This document shows, piece by piece, positions 8,896 to 19,370 of a stretch of DNA of 64,000 bases (position 1 is the first letter of the stretch; each line of letters opens with the position of its first letter). The position numbers were made by a program, and so were the translations under genes. The stretch is from an uncultured Roseovarius sp. (GTDB lineage: Bacteria; Pseudomonadota; Alphaproteobacteria; Rhodobacterales; Rhodobacteraceae): positions 112,366-176,365 of the forward strand of contig OX638333.1 of assembly GCA_951812895.1 (NCBI GenBank), given 5' to 3'. The notes under the pieces are model-generated. The model was not told where the DNA came from and did no database searches. It saw only the letters and a program-made list of their open reading frames with translations.

Positions 8896-11800
8896 CCGAA
8901 GGTGAAGCCCAGCTTCTCGCTGTCCGGCTGGAAGCGTCTCTGGCCAAGTTTGAAAAGCAATTGAAACGTGGGTTCGATGTCGCGAAGAAGATGTCGACCG
9001 ACACGGAACAGCGTTTTGCGAATATGGAGCGCAAGACGCAGAAATCTGCAAAGGCATCAGGCGCGGTTATTGAGCGTGAACTGAACAAACGTCGCAAGGG
9101 TTACGAAAACCTGATGGCGTCTATTGATCCGGTGTTTGCTGCAACAAAGCGTTTCAAAGACGGTGAAAAGAAGCTGGCAGATGCCCTGAAAGTTGGCGAG
9201 ATTACGGCCAAAGAACATGCCCGTGCTCTGCGGTTGCTGAAAGCGCAATATGATACGATAAAAGTGAGCGCGACGACAACGGGCACTGCTGTTCGCCGTA
9301 GTGCGATGAATTTCCGGGGTTTTGGTGGCATCGCACAGCAGGCAGGGTATCAGGTGGGTGACTTTGCCGTTCAGGTTGGCAACGGCACATCGGCTGTCAC
9401 GGCCTTCGCGCAACAGGGATCGCAGCTTTTGGGTGTGTTCGGCCCGTGGGGGGCCGTGGGGGGTGCGGCACTTGCCATTCTTGCGCCGCTGACCGCGTCT
9501 ATTCTTGATCTGGGTGACGGATCGGAAGAGTCAGGGAAGAAAGTAAAGACATTTGCGGATGCGATGGATGTGGCATCCATGGCAATGTCTGATGTTGACT
9601 CGGCAACAGACCTGATTGCTGACCTTGAGGCTATAGAAGAGGCTTACGGATCGGTTACGGAAGAAGTCCTTGATCTGGTTCGTGCGCTGGCTTTGGTCGC
9701 GCGTGAGCGTGCGACAGAGAAAGTTACGGCTGCGCTCGAAAAATTCTCTGCGGAAAACAGCAGCATAGCCTCTCTGGAATTCATTTTGGAACGCCAGAAA
9801 GACAGCCTGTCAAAGCTGAGTGAAGAAGTGTCAGCATATCAGGCTTTAATTGATAAGGGCATTGAGCCTCGACTTAACTCACAGTTGCTTGAGGCGGCGC
9901 AGCAACGTCTTCGTGATGTAGCGGCGCGCAACGTGGTGGAAATCCAGACAGAGTTCAAAATTGACCCGGATCAGGCCAGCAGGCTTTCCGAATTATTTGG
10001 GACTTTGAATTTGGGTATTGAGACGCAGGATATATCGCAACAGCTGGTTGCTATTGATGAACTGGTCGAACTGATCCGGGGCTTGCCATCAGAAAGTCCA
10101 TTGCAGGTCTTGTATCGTCCAATACTTGAAGCAGAATCTGGATTGCGGCAAGCGCGTGCCCAACACGAGCGCTTGAACAAAGTCTTGGGTGAAACTGGCA
10201 GTATTGCAACTGTTGCAGAAAGAGAGTTCGCCAAGCTGGTTGAAAGTTATGACCGTGACACCATCCGGCTGAAAGAACTGGCTGATGAGCGTGAGCAAGT
10301 CCTTCGGGCCAAAGATGTCGCGATGTCTGAGGGTGATTTAGAAGGTGTCCGGCAATCAGAGCGGATGCTTCGGGCGATTGATGAAGAAATCGACCGGCTG
10401 GACGACGCCACTGAACGTGTCGAGGTTATGCAGTCTCAGATAGCCAAACTGCAGGAACTTCTGGGCTATCTTCGAATTGATGAATCCGGTGAACTTGCTG
10501 ACGATCTGGAATTGATGACTGGCCAGTTGGAAGGCGCTGCAACGCTTGGCGAACAGCTTGATCAGGTCACGTTGCATGCGTTGGAAGGTCAGTTTGACAG
10601 GGTCATCAGCGCGGCGGAACGGTTGCTGCGTAAAGTTGGTCTGATCAAGGATGATCTGAGTGAGTTAAAACTGCCGGGTGCGAGTGACTTTGAAGCTGAA
10701 TATGTTGCACGTTCGGTATCTGGTGTTGGCAAAAACGACGAAGAGTTGGTCCGCGCTGTCCTTCAGGTGTCTGAAAAACTGGGTATTGCCGCAAAGGATC
10801 TGCTGACGGCGATGTCCTTTGAAACCGGGGGGACTTTTGACCCTTGGGAGGCGGGGCCAACTACGCAGCACGGCCAACACCGTGGCTTGATCCAGTGGGG
10901 TGAGCCGCAAAGGGAAAGATATGGAGTTACGTCCGGTTCAACCATCACAGAACAGGTTGAGGCGGCAGGGCGCTACTTGCAGGATTCTGGCGTTAAGGCT
11001 GGCGATGGGTTGTTGCGGATTTATGCGGCCATAAATGCAGGCCACGCTGATCGCATCAATGCCTCTGACGCCGGGAATGGTGGCACCCCCGGTACTGTGT
11101 TGGACAAAGTCAATGATCAGATGGGCGGGCATCGCGCGCGTGCTGAAGGCTTGCTGCGGGCCTATGCAGGGGTCAGTGAAGAATTCCGTCAGGCGCTGTC
11201 AGAAGAGCGCAAGGCCGAACAGGAACGCGAACGCGAAGTTGAACGGTCGGTTAAGCTTCGGAAACGCGAATTAGAACTGCGGCGCGGGCTGATAGAAGCG
11301 TCTCAACAGCAGCTGACCGATGCTGAATTCGAGTCGACACTTATTGGTAAGAGCGCGGCAGAACAGGCCAAGCTTCGGGCTGAATACATGCTGACGCAGG
11401 ATGCCAAGCGCCGGGGCATTGATCTGAATGAAAAACTGGCTGGTCAGGAAAAAACCTATGCTGATTTGATCCGCGAACAGGCGGAAGCCATCGGCCAAGT
11501 GGTTGCGGCAAAAGAAGAGCAAATCCGAAAAAATGATGACCTTGCGCAACAGGAAGCGGCTCTGCGGCAATTGGGCGATTCCATTAAGGACAGCCTTTTG
11601 GATGCTGTGGTGGCGGCGGATAGCTTTGAAGATGCATTGGCCGGCGTTGTAAAGATGCTGGCGCGCGCGGCGATTGAAGCGGCGTTGTTCAACACCGGGC
11701 CGTTTGCCTCTGGTAGTGGCGGCGGCGGTCTTTTGGGTGGAATTTTCTCCAGCATTTTCGGCAGTGCAAAGGGGAACGTATTTTCCGGTGGTGGGCACGT

Positions 11801-12113
11801 TGCGGCCTACGCGAATGGTGGTGTTGTCGGTGGGCCAACTTACTTCCCGATGAAGGGCGGAAAAACCGGCCTGATGGGCGAAGCCGGGCCGGAAGCCATC
11901 ATGCCGTTGACGCGAATGTCGAGTGGCAAGCTGGGTGTGGCATCCTCTGGTCAGTCGAGTACCGCTATCACCTTCGCGCCGGTCATTGACGCCCGTGGCG
12001 CGGATGCAGGCGCGGTTGCGCGCATGGAAACAGCTATCAAACGCGCGCAAGCCGAATTCACCCCGAACGTGATCAAAACCGTGCGTGAAGCGAAAAAGAA
12101 GAGGCACCTTTAA
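8892..12113 (+). CDS. Tape measure protein with internal lytic-transglycosylase-like domain
   Basis: 1073 aa helical; QQAGYQVGDFAVQV; MSFETGGTFDP..RGLIQW; C-terminal MGEAGPEAIMPL. Confidence 0.92.
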   Translation: MTEGEAQLLAVRLEASLAKFEKQLKRGFDVAKKMSTDTEQRFANMERKTQKSAKASGAVIERELNKRRKGYENLMASIDPVFAATKRFKDGEKKLADALKVGEITAKEHARALRLLKAQYDTIKVSATTTGTAVRRSAMNFRGFGGIAQQAGYQVGDFAVQVGNGTSAVTAFAQQGSQLLGVFGPWGAVGGAALAILAPLTASILDLGDGSEESGKKVKTFADAMDVASMAMSDVDSATDLIADLEAIEEAYGSVTEEVLDLVRALALVARERATEKVTAALEKFSAENSSIASLEFILERQKDSLSKLSEEVSAYQALIDKGIEPRLNSQLLEAAQQRLRDVAARNVVEIQTEFKIDPDQASRLSELFGTLNLGIETQDISQQLVAIDELVELIRGLPSESPLQVLYRPILEAESGLRQARAQHERLNKVLGETGSIATVAEREFAKLVESYDRDTIRLKELADEREQVLRAKDVAMSEGDLEGVRQSERMLRAIDEEIDRLDDATERVEVMQSQIAKLQELLGYLRIDESGELADDLELMTGQLEGAATLGEQLDQVTLHALEGQFDRVISAAERLLRKVGLIKDDLSELKLPGASDFEAEYVARSVSGVGKNDEELVRAVLQVSEKLGIAAKDLLTAMSFETGGTFDPWEAGPTTQHGQHRGLIQWGEPQRERYGVTSGSTITEQVEAAGRYLQDSGVKAGDGLLRIYAAINAGHADRINASDAGNGGTPGTVLDKVNDQMGGHRARAEGLLRAYAGVSEEFRQALSEERKAEQEREREVERSVKLRKRELELRRGLIEASQQQLTDAEFESTLIGKSAAEQAKLRAEYMLTQDAKRRGIDLNEKLAGQEKTYADLIREQAEAIGQVVAAKEEQIRKNDDLAQQEAALRQLGDSIKDSLLDAVVAADSFEDALAGVVKMLARAAIEAALFNTGPFASGSGGGGLLGGIFSSIFGSAKGNVFSGGGHVAAYANGGVVGGPTYFPMKGGKTGLMGEAGPEAIMPLTRMSSGKLGVASSGQSSTAITFAPVIDARGADAGAVARMETAIKRAQAEFTPNVIKTVREAKKKRHL

Positions 12114-12742
12114 TGCCACTCATATTCCCCAAAACTGATCTGATCCCGCCGCTGGCCTTGCATGATGGACGGATTTATCCGCGCTGGCGGCAAGAGCATT
12201 CAACCACAACCGGCGGCGAAACTCTGCTGAAGGATTTGGGGCCGATGCTGTGGGGCGCTTCATATCAAACAATCCCGCTTTTGGAGCATGATGCACTGGA
12301 TCTGGAAACCGATCTGTTGACCCTTCAGGGTGGCATCAACCTGTTTCGCGGATACGATCCACGCCGGGCGGTTCCGTTAGGTGACAATCAGTCGTTACTG
12401 ACGGGTGTCACGGTGCATTCAATACGGGCAGATCGCCTTGCTTTGCGTCTCACCGGGCTTCCGGCGGACTTTGTCACCAGCAAAAGCGACTACCTGTCGA
12501 TAGATGATGGCATAAATCTGCATCTGTTGCGGACCGCAACCGGTTCTGTTGCTGATGGGGCAGGGCTGTCTCAGGAATTCGAGGTGCGTCCGTTTGTTCA
12601 CCCGTCAATTTTGGTGGGTCAGCCGGTTACACTGCGTTATCCATGCGCAAATTTCATGTTGGAAAAAGACAGTGTTTCCGTTGACCGTTCTGGATCGTCG
12701 CGACGCGCTGTCTCATTCACTGCCATTCAGGTGCTGACATGA
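12113..12742 (+). CDS. Distal-tail-like protein
   Basis: Position directly after tape measure; 209 aa. Confidence 0.65.
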   Translation: MPLIFPKTDLIPPLALHDGRIYPRWRQEHSTTTGGETLLKDLGPMLWGASYQTIPLLEHDALDLETDLLTLQGGINLFRGYDPRRAVPLGDNQSLLTGVTVHSIRADRLALRLTGLPADFVTSKSDYLSIDDGINLHLLRTATGSVADGAGLSQEFEVRPFVHPSILVGQPVTLRYPCANFMLEKDSVSVDRSGSSRRAVSFTAIQVLT

Positions 12743-13353
12743 GATTTACGGACGCGCCGACCCAAGTGGCTCTTGAAAACCGGGCCGTCAAAGTCCGAGA
12801 TTTTATCTGGTTCGTGGTCCGCGACCGTGACACTGGCGAGGACGTTGAGGCCGGATATTGGTCTGATGTCGGCACCGTTGATATGCAGGTGATCGATCCG
12901 CGCACGCAGTTGGTACAAACCCGGCAGTTTGAAGGCGCGGGATCTTTGATATCAATCGGCCCTATTCCACTGGTGTCCAACCTGTCAGTGCAGTCGGTTT
13001 CAGTCGAGCTTAGCCAAGTGTCCGATGCGAACGCGCTTATCCGCACCTACGATGCCCGACAGGGCCGGGTTGAAATCTTCCGGGGATTGTTTGAGTTAGA
13101 GTCTCTGGTTCAGATTGCCCCTGCCTATAATCGGTTTTCCGGCTTTATAGATGACCCGGAAATCGTGACGCCTGTCGAGAATGAAGACGGCAAGATCGAA
13201 CTGAATTGTGTGTCGCATACTCAGGAATTGAACAGGTTCAATCCGGCTACCCGGTCAGATGTTTATCAGCGGCTACGCGATCCAAATGACAGCTTTCGCC
13301 GTCATGCGGCCACGGTCGGCACGTGGGAAATCAAGTGGGGCACGGCGTCCTGA
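12739..13353 (+). CDS. Minor tail / hub protein
   Basis: F.GAGSLISI, RFSGFIDDP, SDVYQRLRDPND.F; tail position. Confidence 0.7.
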   Translation: MRFTDAPTQVALENRAVKVRDFIWFVVRDRDTGEDVEAGYWSDVGTVDMQVIDPRTQLVQTRQFEGAGSLISIGPIPLVSNLSVQSVSVELSQVSDANALIRTYDARQGRVEIFRGLFELESLVQIAPAYNRFSGFIDDPEIVTPVENEDGKIELNCVSHTQELNRFNPATRSDVYQRLRDPNDSFRRHAATVGTWEIKWGTAS

Positions 13354-13354
13354 T

Positions 13355-13789
13355 ATGATCAGACATGCGTTGAGCGCCGACCGTCCGCATATGGTTCGGA
13401 TGGGCGAAGAGTTTTTGCGTGTTTCGGGCTTGCCGATGACGTTTGATGCCGGGTGGGCTGCGCATTCTTTGGCGGTCCATATGTCGGATCAAGAGCGCCT
13501 GAGCTTGGTGCTGGACCTGCCTGCGGGCGTGTCAGGTATGTTGTGTGCCGGTTGCGTAATGTCGCCACTTGTGCCGAAGAAAGTAGCCACTGAGCTGGTG
13601 TTCTGGATCGACGCAGACGCGCGCGGCCCTTGGGCGCAGAAGATGATCGCTGCTTATGAAGATTGGGCAAAGCGTCAAGGTTGCCAATTCGTCAGTCTGG
13701 CAGCGATTGGTGAACGTGGCGCTGACATTCTCTATCGTCGCTGCGGATACGTCGCCGCAGAACGTCACTATATGAAAGAGTTGTGTTAA
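13355..13789 (+). CDS. GNAT-family acetyltransferase in tail operon
   Basis: ELVFWIDADARG, YEDWAKRQG, LYRRCGYVAAE. Confidence 0.75.
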   Translation: MIRHALSADRPHMVRMGEEFLRVSGLPMTFDAGWAAHSLAVHMSDQERLSLVLDLPAGVSGMLCAGCVMSPLVPKKVATELVFWIDADARGPWAQKMIAAYEDWAKRQGCQFVSLAAIGERGADILYRRCGYVAAERHYMKELC

Positions 13790-16700
13790 ATGGCTGTGTT
13801 CACAGCACTTACGGCGGCAATTGGTGGAACGTTTATCGGTTCCCTTGTCGTTGGTGGGTTGAAAATTCTTGTCGGTATCGGTTTGAACAAGCTGGCGATG
13901 AAGCTGGCAGGGAAAAAGCCGAAAGGACCGCAATTTTCCGTAAAGGGTGAGCTTCAGCGCGGCGCGGATTTGTCGCAAACGTTTCTGCTGGGGCGCGCGG
14001 GCACTGCGGGATCTCTGATCTATGCAAATACATGGGGTGCCTATGGGGGCACGCCCAATGCGTATCTGACAATGGTCATTGCCCTGAGTGATTTACCCGT
14101 GCAGTCGTTGGACAAGCTATGGGTGAACGGTGAGCAACAGGTTTTGCTTCATGAGCATACGCATGCTGACTATGGGGTTCCGGTTGACGATTTCACCACC
14201 GTTTCAGAGCGCCCTGTTTATGAGCGCCAAGGTGTGAGTGACAATGCAACGATGGTGCAGGTCGGGACCGAAACGGTTGTCGATTCTCACCTTTGGGTGA
14301 AGTTTTACGATGGTTCGCAAACTGCCGCCGATCAGTTCCTGATTGACAATGTTTCGACCGTTGAGCGTCCTTGGGATGCAACTGCAATTGGTGATGGTCT
14401 TGCATATGTGGTGATGACAGCGCGTCTTAATCGCAACTTGTTTTCCGGCTTTCCAGACTACTTTTTCGAACTGACAGGAATACCGCTTTACGATCCTTCG
14501 CAAGATACCAGTGTGGGCGGTGTCGGACTGCAGCGCTATGATGATCCGACCACGTGGGGGGGTGACGGTGACCATTTGCCAGCGGTGCAGCTCTACAATC
14601 TGTTTAGGGGTTTGTGGGTCGATGATGATTGGTTTTATGGCATGCAGGCCACATCAGAAGCCCAAGTGCCGGTTGATCACTGGATTGCGCAAATCGAAAA
14701 GTGCCGCACCCTGATTAATTCTCAGGCGGGTCAGGAACCGCGATACAGGTCCGGCGGTGAAATCGCGGTCAATTCCCCAATTGTTGATGCGATGGACGCA
14801 CTTTTGGATGCATGTCAGGGGCGGCTGGCAGAGTCCGGCGGGATCTACAAATTGTTTGTGGGAGAGCCGGACCCAGCCGTGGTGTCGTTTACTGACGGCA
14901 ATATTCTGTCCAGTGAAGAACAATCCTTCACGCCGTTTTTTGGTCTGGCCGACACGGTCAACGGTATCAGTGCGAAGTTTCCTGATCCGGATCAAAACTG
15001 GCAAACAGAAACCGCGCCGCCGCTCTACAATTCGGAATTTGAAGTAGAGGACGGCAATCGTCGGCTGATGGTCGACGTGAATTTTGATTTGGTGCCCTAT
15101 GCGGAACAGGTGCAGCGGTTGATGCATGGTGCACTGAAGGAAGCGCGGCGCGCGCGTCGGCATACGTTTACATTACCGCCATCTTACTGGCCGTTGGAAC
15201 CCGGCGATGTTATCTCATGGGCGTCCGCGCGAAATGGTTATGTGGATAAGCTCTTTCGTGTTGATGGTGTTGCCGATCAGCCGAACGCCGATGTGACGGT
15301 TGACCTTACTGAAATCGACCCAACCGACTATGATTTTGATACGGTTGCTGACTATGTCGCGGTTGTCATCGGGGGCACGCAGCCGCAACCTGTTCCCGCG
15401 CAATCTGTCTCAGGTTGGGCAGTATCGCCGGTTTCTATAACTGATGAGTCAGGCACTGGCCGCAGACCAGCAATTGAGGTGATGTGGAACCGGGACGTGG
15501 AAGACGTGACTGCAGTCCGCGTTCGTGTGCGTCTCAAATCTACGCAAGCCATGGTCACGAATGGTGAGCATCGGGATTTTGCTGCCGGTTTCTCGTACAT
15601 TACTGAAGGAATATTGCCGGGCGCAGAATATCAGGTATCCGGTGCATTTGTGCCCGGGACGCCGCGCGCGGTTGAGTGGTCGGTTTGGCTTGATGTAACT
15701 GCACCTGATATTCGGCTTGATCCGGCTGATCTTTCTGCGGATGTCTGGACCACTGTTAATGCTGACGCCACGGCGCGTGCGGGCGAAGTTCTTCAGACAT
15801 TCAAAGACAACGAATTTGCCGATCTTCAGACGGATATGACCGTTCTGAGCGATGCAACCGATCAGTCCATCAACACACTGACGGAACATAGCGAACAGGC
15901 CGCGCGAGAAATCGCCCAATCCAGAGACGATCTGGAAACACTTACGGAAAATGCAACAGCGGCACTGGTGAAGCTCGGTAACGCTGAAACCCGTATGTAC
16001 GACGCAGGCGTGCGCGTTGATCCTGATACCGGTGAGGTCACCATTGAGGGTGTTGCTCGGCACGATGCGCAGTTGATCACCGTCGAACAGCGTCTGGAGG
16101 CCGCAGAAGGGCTGCTTGTTCTTCGGGCCACGATGGTAGAGGTCAATCAGGCCATTGCCGCCGCACAGCTGACCCCCACAGAGCTGGCCGCACTCGATGA
16201 TGTCTGGACCCAGATCAACGCGGTCGAGGCCAGCATCGATGCCATCAACGCCACGCTGGAGCTGACCGCGACTACGGCGACAACGGACACGCTGAACCAG
16301 CAGATCACGCAGGCGCAGATCCAACTGGATGCGTTGGCGGGCGAAGTTGAAACACTTGTCACCACTACCGAATTCACGGCTCTCGAAACCGAACTCACAT
16401 CTGTGCAGGAAACCCTGAGCGTTCTGGATGTGCCCGGCATCACCCGCACGGTGCTTGATGTGCAGCTCCAGAACGATCATCTTGAAAAACTGGCCGAACA
16501 GGGCATTGAAGCCATGTTGGTGGACTACAACGCCAATCTGGCAGGTCAACAGCGTCTTGCCGTTGCCAAAGATGAGTTGAACGCTGGAATTACAGAAGCA
16601 AATGAGGCCATCGCACTCGCCCGGACAGAGTTAGGGGTTGGGATCGGCGGTGCGGTTGCTCAGATAGTCGAGGAGAGCACGGCGCGCACAGATGGCGATA

Positions 16701-17512
16701 CCGCCAATGCCCAGAGCATCACCGCTCTGACAGCAACTGTGGACGGCCACACGAGCACAATCACCCAGCAGGCCACCACCATCGCCGGATTGGGTGGATC
16801 GATCCAGTATTCCATCAATGTCGACGGGCATATCTCCGGCTGGGCGTTGTCCAGTGAGGTTGCACAGGGCGGCGATCCCTATGCGGCCTTCACCTTTCTG
16901 ACAGATGCGTTTCAGATCAGCAGCGTGGGTGGCGGCGCGGTCAGCCCGTTCATTGTCTACACCGTTCCAACCGATGTTGGCGGCGTCATCGTGCCCGCTG
17001 GCGTCTATATTCAGGATGCCTTTATCCGCAACGGCGTCATCGCATCAGCCCATATCGGAGAGCTGCAGGTCGATGAAATTCACCTGAATAACGGTGCTGT
17101 TTCAAACTGGGATTTTAACAGCGATGAAACCCAGTTTGAAATCACGCAGGAAGAACAGTGGGTCGACCTGATCAGCGTCGCAACCACGTCGGTTGGAGGC
17201 AATCATCTGATCTTCATTGAGGTCGATACCAGCGACAGCCTGTTGCTCTATGCCGGTCAGATCAACGATCCCGGCACACAGGGCACAAAACCCCATACTT
17301 ATGAGGCCACGCTGAAGTTTCGGCTAACGCGGGACACGGTGCCGGTGGGCGGCGTCTTTTTTGGCGATACCACCCGGCACGATGCACCCCCGGCAGGTAC
17401 GTACACTTACACCCTTCAGGGGTGGTTCGAGGGCTTCACCAGTTACGACACCACGCAAGCACAGGCATTGATCGGACGGCGGGCGCTGTCGGTTCAGGAA
17501 ATCAAGAAGTAG
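13790..17512 (+). CDS. Tail tip / host-specificity (J-like) protein
   Basis: 1240 aa; LEPGDVI, fibronectin-like middle, coiled coil, AAFTFLTDAFQI and VYIQDAFIRNG motifs. Confidence 0.88.
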   Translation: MAVFTALTAAIGGTFIGSLVVGGLKILVGIGLNKLAMKLAGKKPKGPQFSVKGELQRGADLSQTFLLGRAGTAGSLIYANTWGAYGGTPNAYLTMVIALSDLPVQSLDKLWVNGEQQVLLHEHTHADYGVPVDDFTTVSERPVYERQGVSDNATMVQVGTETVVDSHLWVKFYDGSQTAADQFLIDNVSTVERPWDATAIGDGLAYVVMTARLNRNLFSGFPDYFFELTGIPLYDPSQDTSVGGVGLQRYDDPTTWGGDGDHLPAVQLYNLFRGLWVDDDWFYGMQATSEAQVPVDHWIAQIEKCRTLINSQAGQEPRYRSGGEIAVNSPIVDAMDALLDACQGRLAESGGIYKLFVGEPDPAVVSFTDGNILSSEEQSFTPFFGLADTVNGISAKFPDPDQNWQTETAPPLYNSEFEVEDGNRRLMVDVNFDLVPYAEQVQRLMHGALKEARRARRHTFTLPPSYWPLEPGDVISWASARNGYVDKLFRVDGVADQPNADVTVDLTEIDPTDYDFDTVADYVAVVIGGTQPQPVPAQSVSGWAVSPVSITDESGTGRRPAIEVMWNRDVEDVTAVRVRVRLKSTQAMVTNGEHRDFAAGFSYITEGILPGAEYQVSGAFVPGTPRAVEWSVWLDVTAPDIRLDPADLSADVWTTVNADATARAGEVLQTFKDNEFADLQTDMTVLSDATDQSINTLTEHSEQAAREIAQSRDDLETLTENATAALVKLGNAETRMYDAGVRVDPDTGEVTIEGVARHDAQLITVEQRLEAAEGLLVLRATMVEVNQAIAAAQLTPTELAALDDVWTQINAVEASIDAINATLELTATTATTDTLNQQITQAQIQLDALAGEVETLVTTTEFTALETELTSVQETLSVLDVPGITRTVLDVQLQNDHLEKLAEQGIEAMLVDYNANLAGQQRLAVAKDELNAGITEANEAIALARTELGVGIGGAVAQIVEESTARTDGDTANAQSITALTATVDGHTSTITQQATTIAGLGGSIQYSINVDGHISGWALSSEVAQGGDPYAAFTFLTDAFQISSVGGGAVSPFIVYTVPTDVGGVIVPAGVYIQDAFIRNGVIASAHIGELQVDEIHLNNGAVSNWDFNSDETQFEITQEEQWVDLISVATTSVGGNHLIFIEVDTSDSLLLYAGQINDPGTQGTKPHTYEATLKFRLTRDTVPVGGVFFGDTTRHDAPPAGTYTYTLQGWFEGFTSYDTTQAQALIGRRALSVQEIKK

Positions 17513-17522
17513 GAGAAAAGAT

Positions 17523-18566
17523 ATGGCTTGGGAAAGAACGGGCACGGTGACGGTCACCAACGGCTCTGCAACAGTGACAGGCGCGGGCACCACATGGGCC
17601 GCTCCGGCGGTGAAGCCGGGTTACGCCTTCTTGGGGCCGGATGGGGTGATCTACGAAATCTCGGCGCTCAATACGGCGACAGAAATCACGCTGGCAAAAG
17701 CCTATGGCGGATCAAATGGCAGCGGTCAATCCTACGACATCCAGCCGACCCCCCAGCCCTTGGTTGAGCTGCACGACGGGGTGAAGGACCTGATTGACAC
17801 CGCGAACGCAAAGATCGATCCGCTGGAGGCTTGGAAAACCCAGACTGAGGCGGATTTTCAGGCATTGCTTGCTACCGAACAGGCAGGATTTGCGACGCTG
17901 GCAAGCGATCTGAAGGGTGTCGTCAATGGCCAGATGTACTTTACGGCAACTGTTGATCCCGACGATCCCGCGCCGACAAACGTGGACGGGGGAACCTTCA
18001 ACACAATTTTCGACGTTACGAATGCCGCCCCTGCGGGGGCGTTTGTGGATTGCTCTCTTATCGCGGGAAAATCGCACGATTTTGGAAATCACATCAATAC
18101 ATTCGGTCGGAAAATGCGATTTAAGAAATCGGGCGCGGGCAATGATCCAGCGGTTAACGTCTTGTCCTACGCGAACGCCACGCACAATTACAATTACGGG
18201 TTCACCCCACATCTTGGAGGAGTGGTTCGTTTTGAACATTGCGATATTTTGTTCGGAGACAAAACCGACGTAGGTCTGCCATGGGCCTCGACCCGCAATC
18301 TCATAAGTTATACTCACGGTGGCCACGCGCGACTGGAAATCTATGGCGGGTCAGTGACGGGCTTCACTAGCCAATCTTTGATGACGGCGAACGCTGGCTC
18401 TATTGCCCAGTTATCGCTCTACAGCACCACTTTGGATGGCCCGATTACGGGTGTTCAATACAATACAAATGGCGTTGCACTCATCTCTCATCAAGCTGTG
18501 ACACTTCTGAACGGCGCTACGCTGACTGAAAGTGGAACATTGGGCACCCACTTCCTGAGCAATTGA
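17523..18566 (+). CDS. Tail fibre / receptor-binding protein
   Basis: N-terminal anchor TGTVTVTNGSATVTGAGTTW; divergent C-terminus. Confidence 0.8.
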   Translation: MAWERTGTVTVTNGSATVTGAGTTWAAPAVKPGYAFLGPDGVIYEISALNTATEITLAKAYGGSNGSGQSYDIQPTPQPLVELHDGVKDLIDTANAKIDPLEAWKTQTEADFQALLATEQAGFATLASDLKGVVNGQMYFTATVDPDDPAPTNVDGGTFNTIFDVTNAAPAGAFVDCSLIAGKSHDFGNHINTFGRKMRFKKSGAGNDPAVNVLSYANATHNYNYGFTPHLGGVVRFEHCDILFGDKTDVGLPWASTRNLISYTHGGHARLEIYGGSVTGFTSQSLMTANAGSIAQLSLYSTTLDGPITGVQYNTNGVALISHQAVTLLNGATLTESGTLGTHFLSN

Positions 18567-18574
18567 GGTAAAAC

Positions 18575-18976
18575 ATGAACTTTGACATCACACACGAGGG
18601 CCGCACCACATTGGCGGTCGACCGCGCAGGGGCTGAAGCTCTGGGCTATCCGGAAGCAGCTATTGCGGCAGCTGAGAGCGTTGCGAACAACGCGGTAATC
18701 AGCGCCGAGTGCAGGTTGCGTATCTACGCCGTTGCATCGCAAGAAACTCAAATGAATTGGGCCGCCAAAGTGGCTGTCATTTCTGCCAAAACCGCTGCGT
18801 CACGCACGAATGATGAGGCGGCAATTCTTGCCGGTCTAGAAAACGCAATCGGCTGGGTTGAGGCCATGCGCGCGAACATCGCAACATTGGCGGCAGACCC
18901 GGAAATCGACATCAGCGATGACGCCAACTGGCCGGACATTCCGGCTGATGTGGCCGCGCTGGTTGCGCAGTTCTGA
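18575..18976 (+). CDS. Tail fibre assembly chaperone-like protein
   Basis: Follows fibre; WVEAMRA..DDANWPD.P. Confidence 0.7.
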   Translation: MNFDITHEGRTTLAVDRAGAEALGYPEAAIAAAESVANNAVISAECRLRIYAVASQETQMNWAAKVAVISAKTAASRTNDEAAILAGLENAIGWVEAMRANIATLAADPEIDISDDANWPDIPADVAALVAQF

Positions 18977-18985
18977 GGGCGGGGA

Positions 18986-19345
18986 ATGCCTGACACATCA
19001 TGGTGCAGAAAAGGCGGAGCGCGGGGGTATGTGACCACCGCGCCTGTCTATTGGCATCTGATGTGGAAAGGCTCACCTTACGTGCTTGATATCCCGGTGG
19101 GGCGGGAGTTCGAAAGCTCTGTTCCCCGCACATTGCAAAAGGTCTGGTCACCCGACGATCCTAAGTATCTCAAGGCCGCGCTGATCCACGATGTTCTGCT
19201 GGAGCGGGGGTCACGCCCATTTGAGGCCGACAGCCAATGGCGCGCCGCCGCCCTCAGCGAACGCGCACCACCCTTCAGGACCGGTGTCGCCTACGCCGGG
19301 ATGGTCCTGCGCCGGTATCTGCAATGGATGTTCCGAAGGCAGTGA
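18986..19345 (+). CDS. DUF1353-family protein
   Basis: IPVGREFESSVP, YLKAALIHD.LL. Confidence 0.75.
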   Translation: MPDTSWCRKGGARGYVTTAPVYWHLMWKGSPYVLDIPVGREFESSVPRTLQKVWSPDDPKYLKAALIHDVLLERGSRPFEADSQWRAAALSERAPPFRTGVAYAGMVLRRYLQWMFRRQ

Positions 19346-19370
19346 CGTTGAAACCAAAGTGGAGATTGAG

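Noticed and set aside
1-12742. Gene transfer agent cluster
   Set aside because: Tube and chaperone are GTA-like, but lysis, accessory and att-like regions and phage-type head genes indicate a prophage.
13790-18566. Diversity-generating retroelement or invertible tail-fibre cassette
   Set aside because: No reverse transcriptase, template/variable repeat pair, invertase or flanking inverted repeats were noticed.
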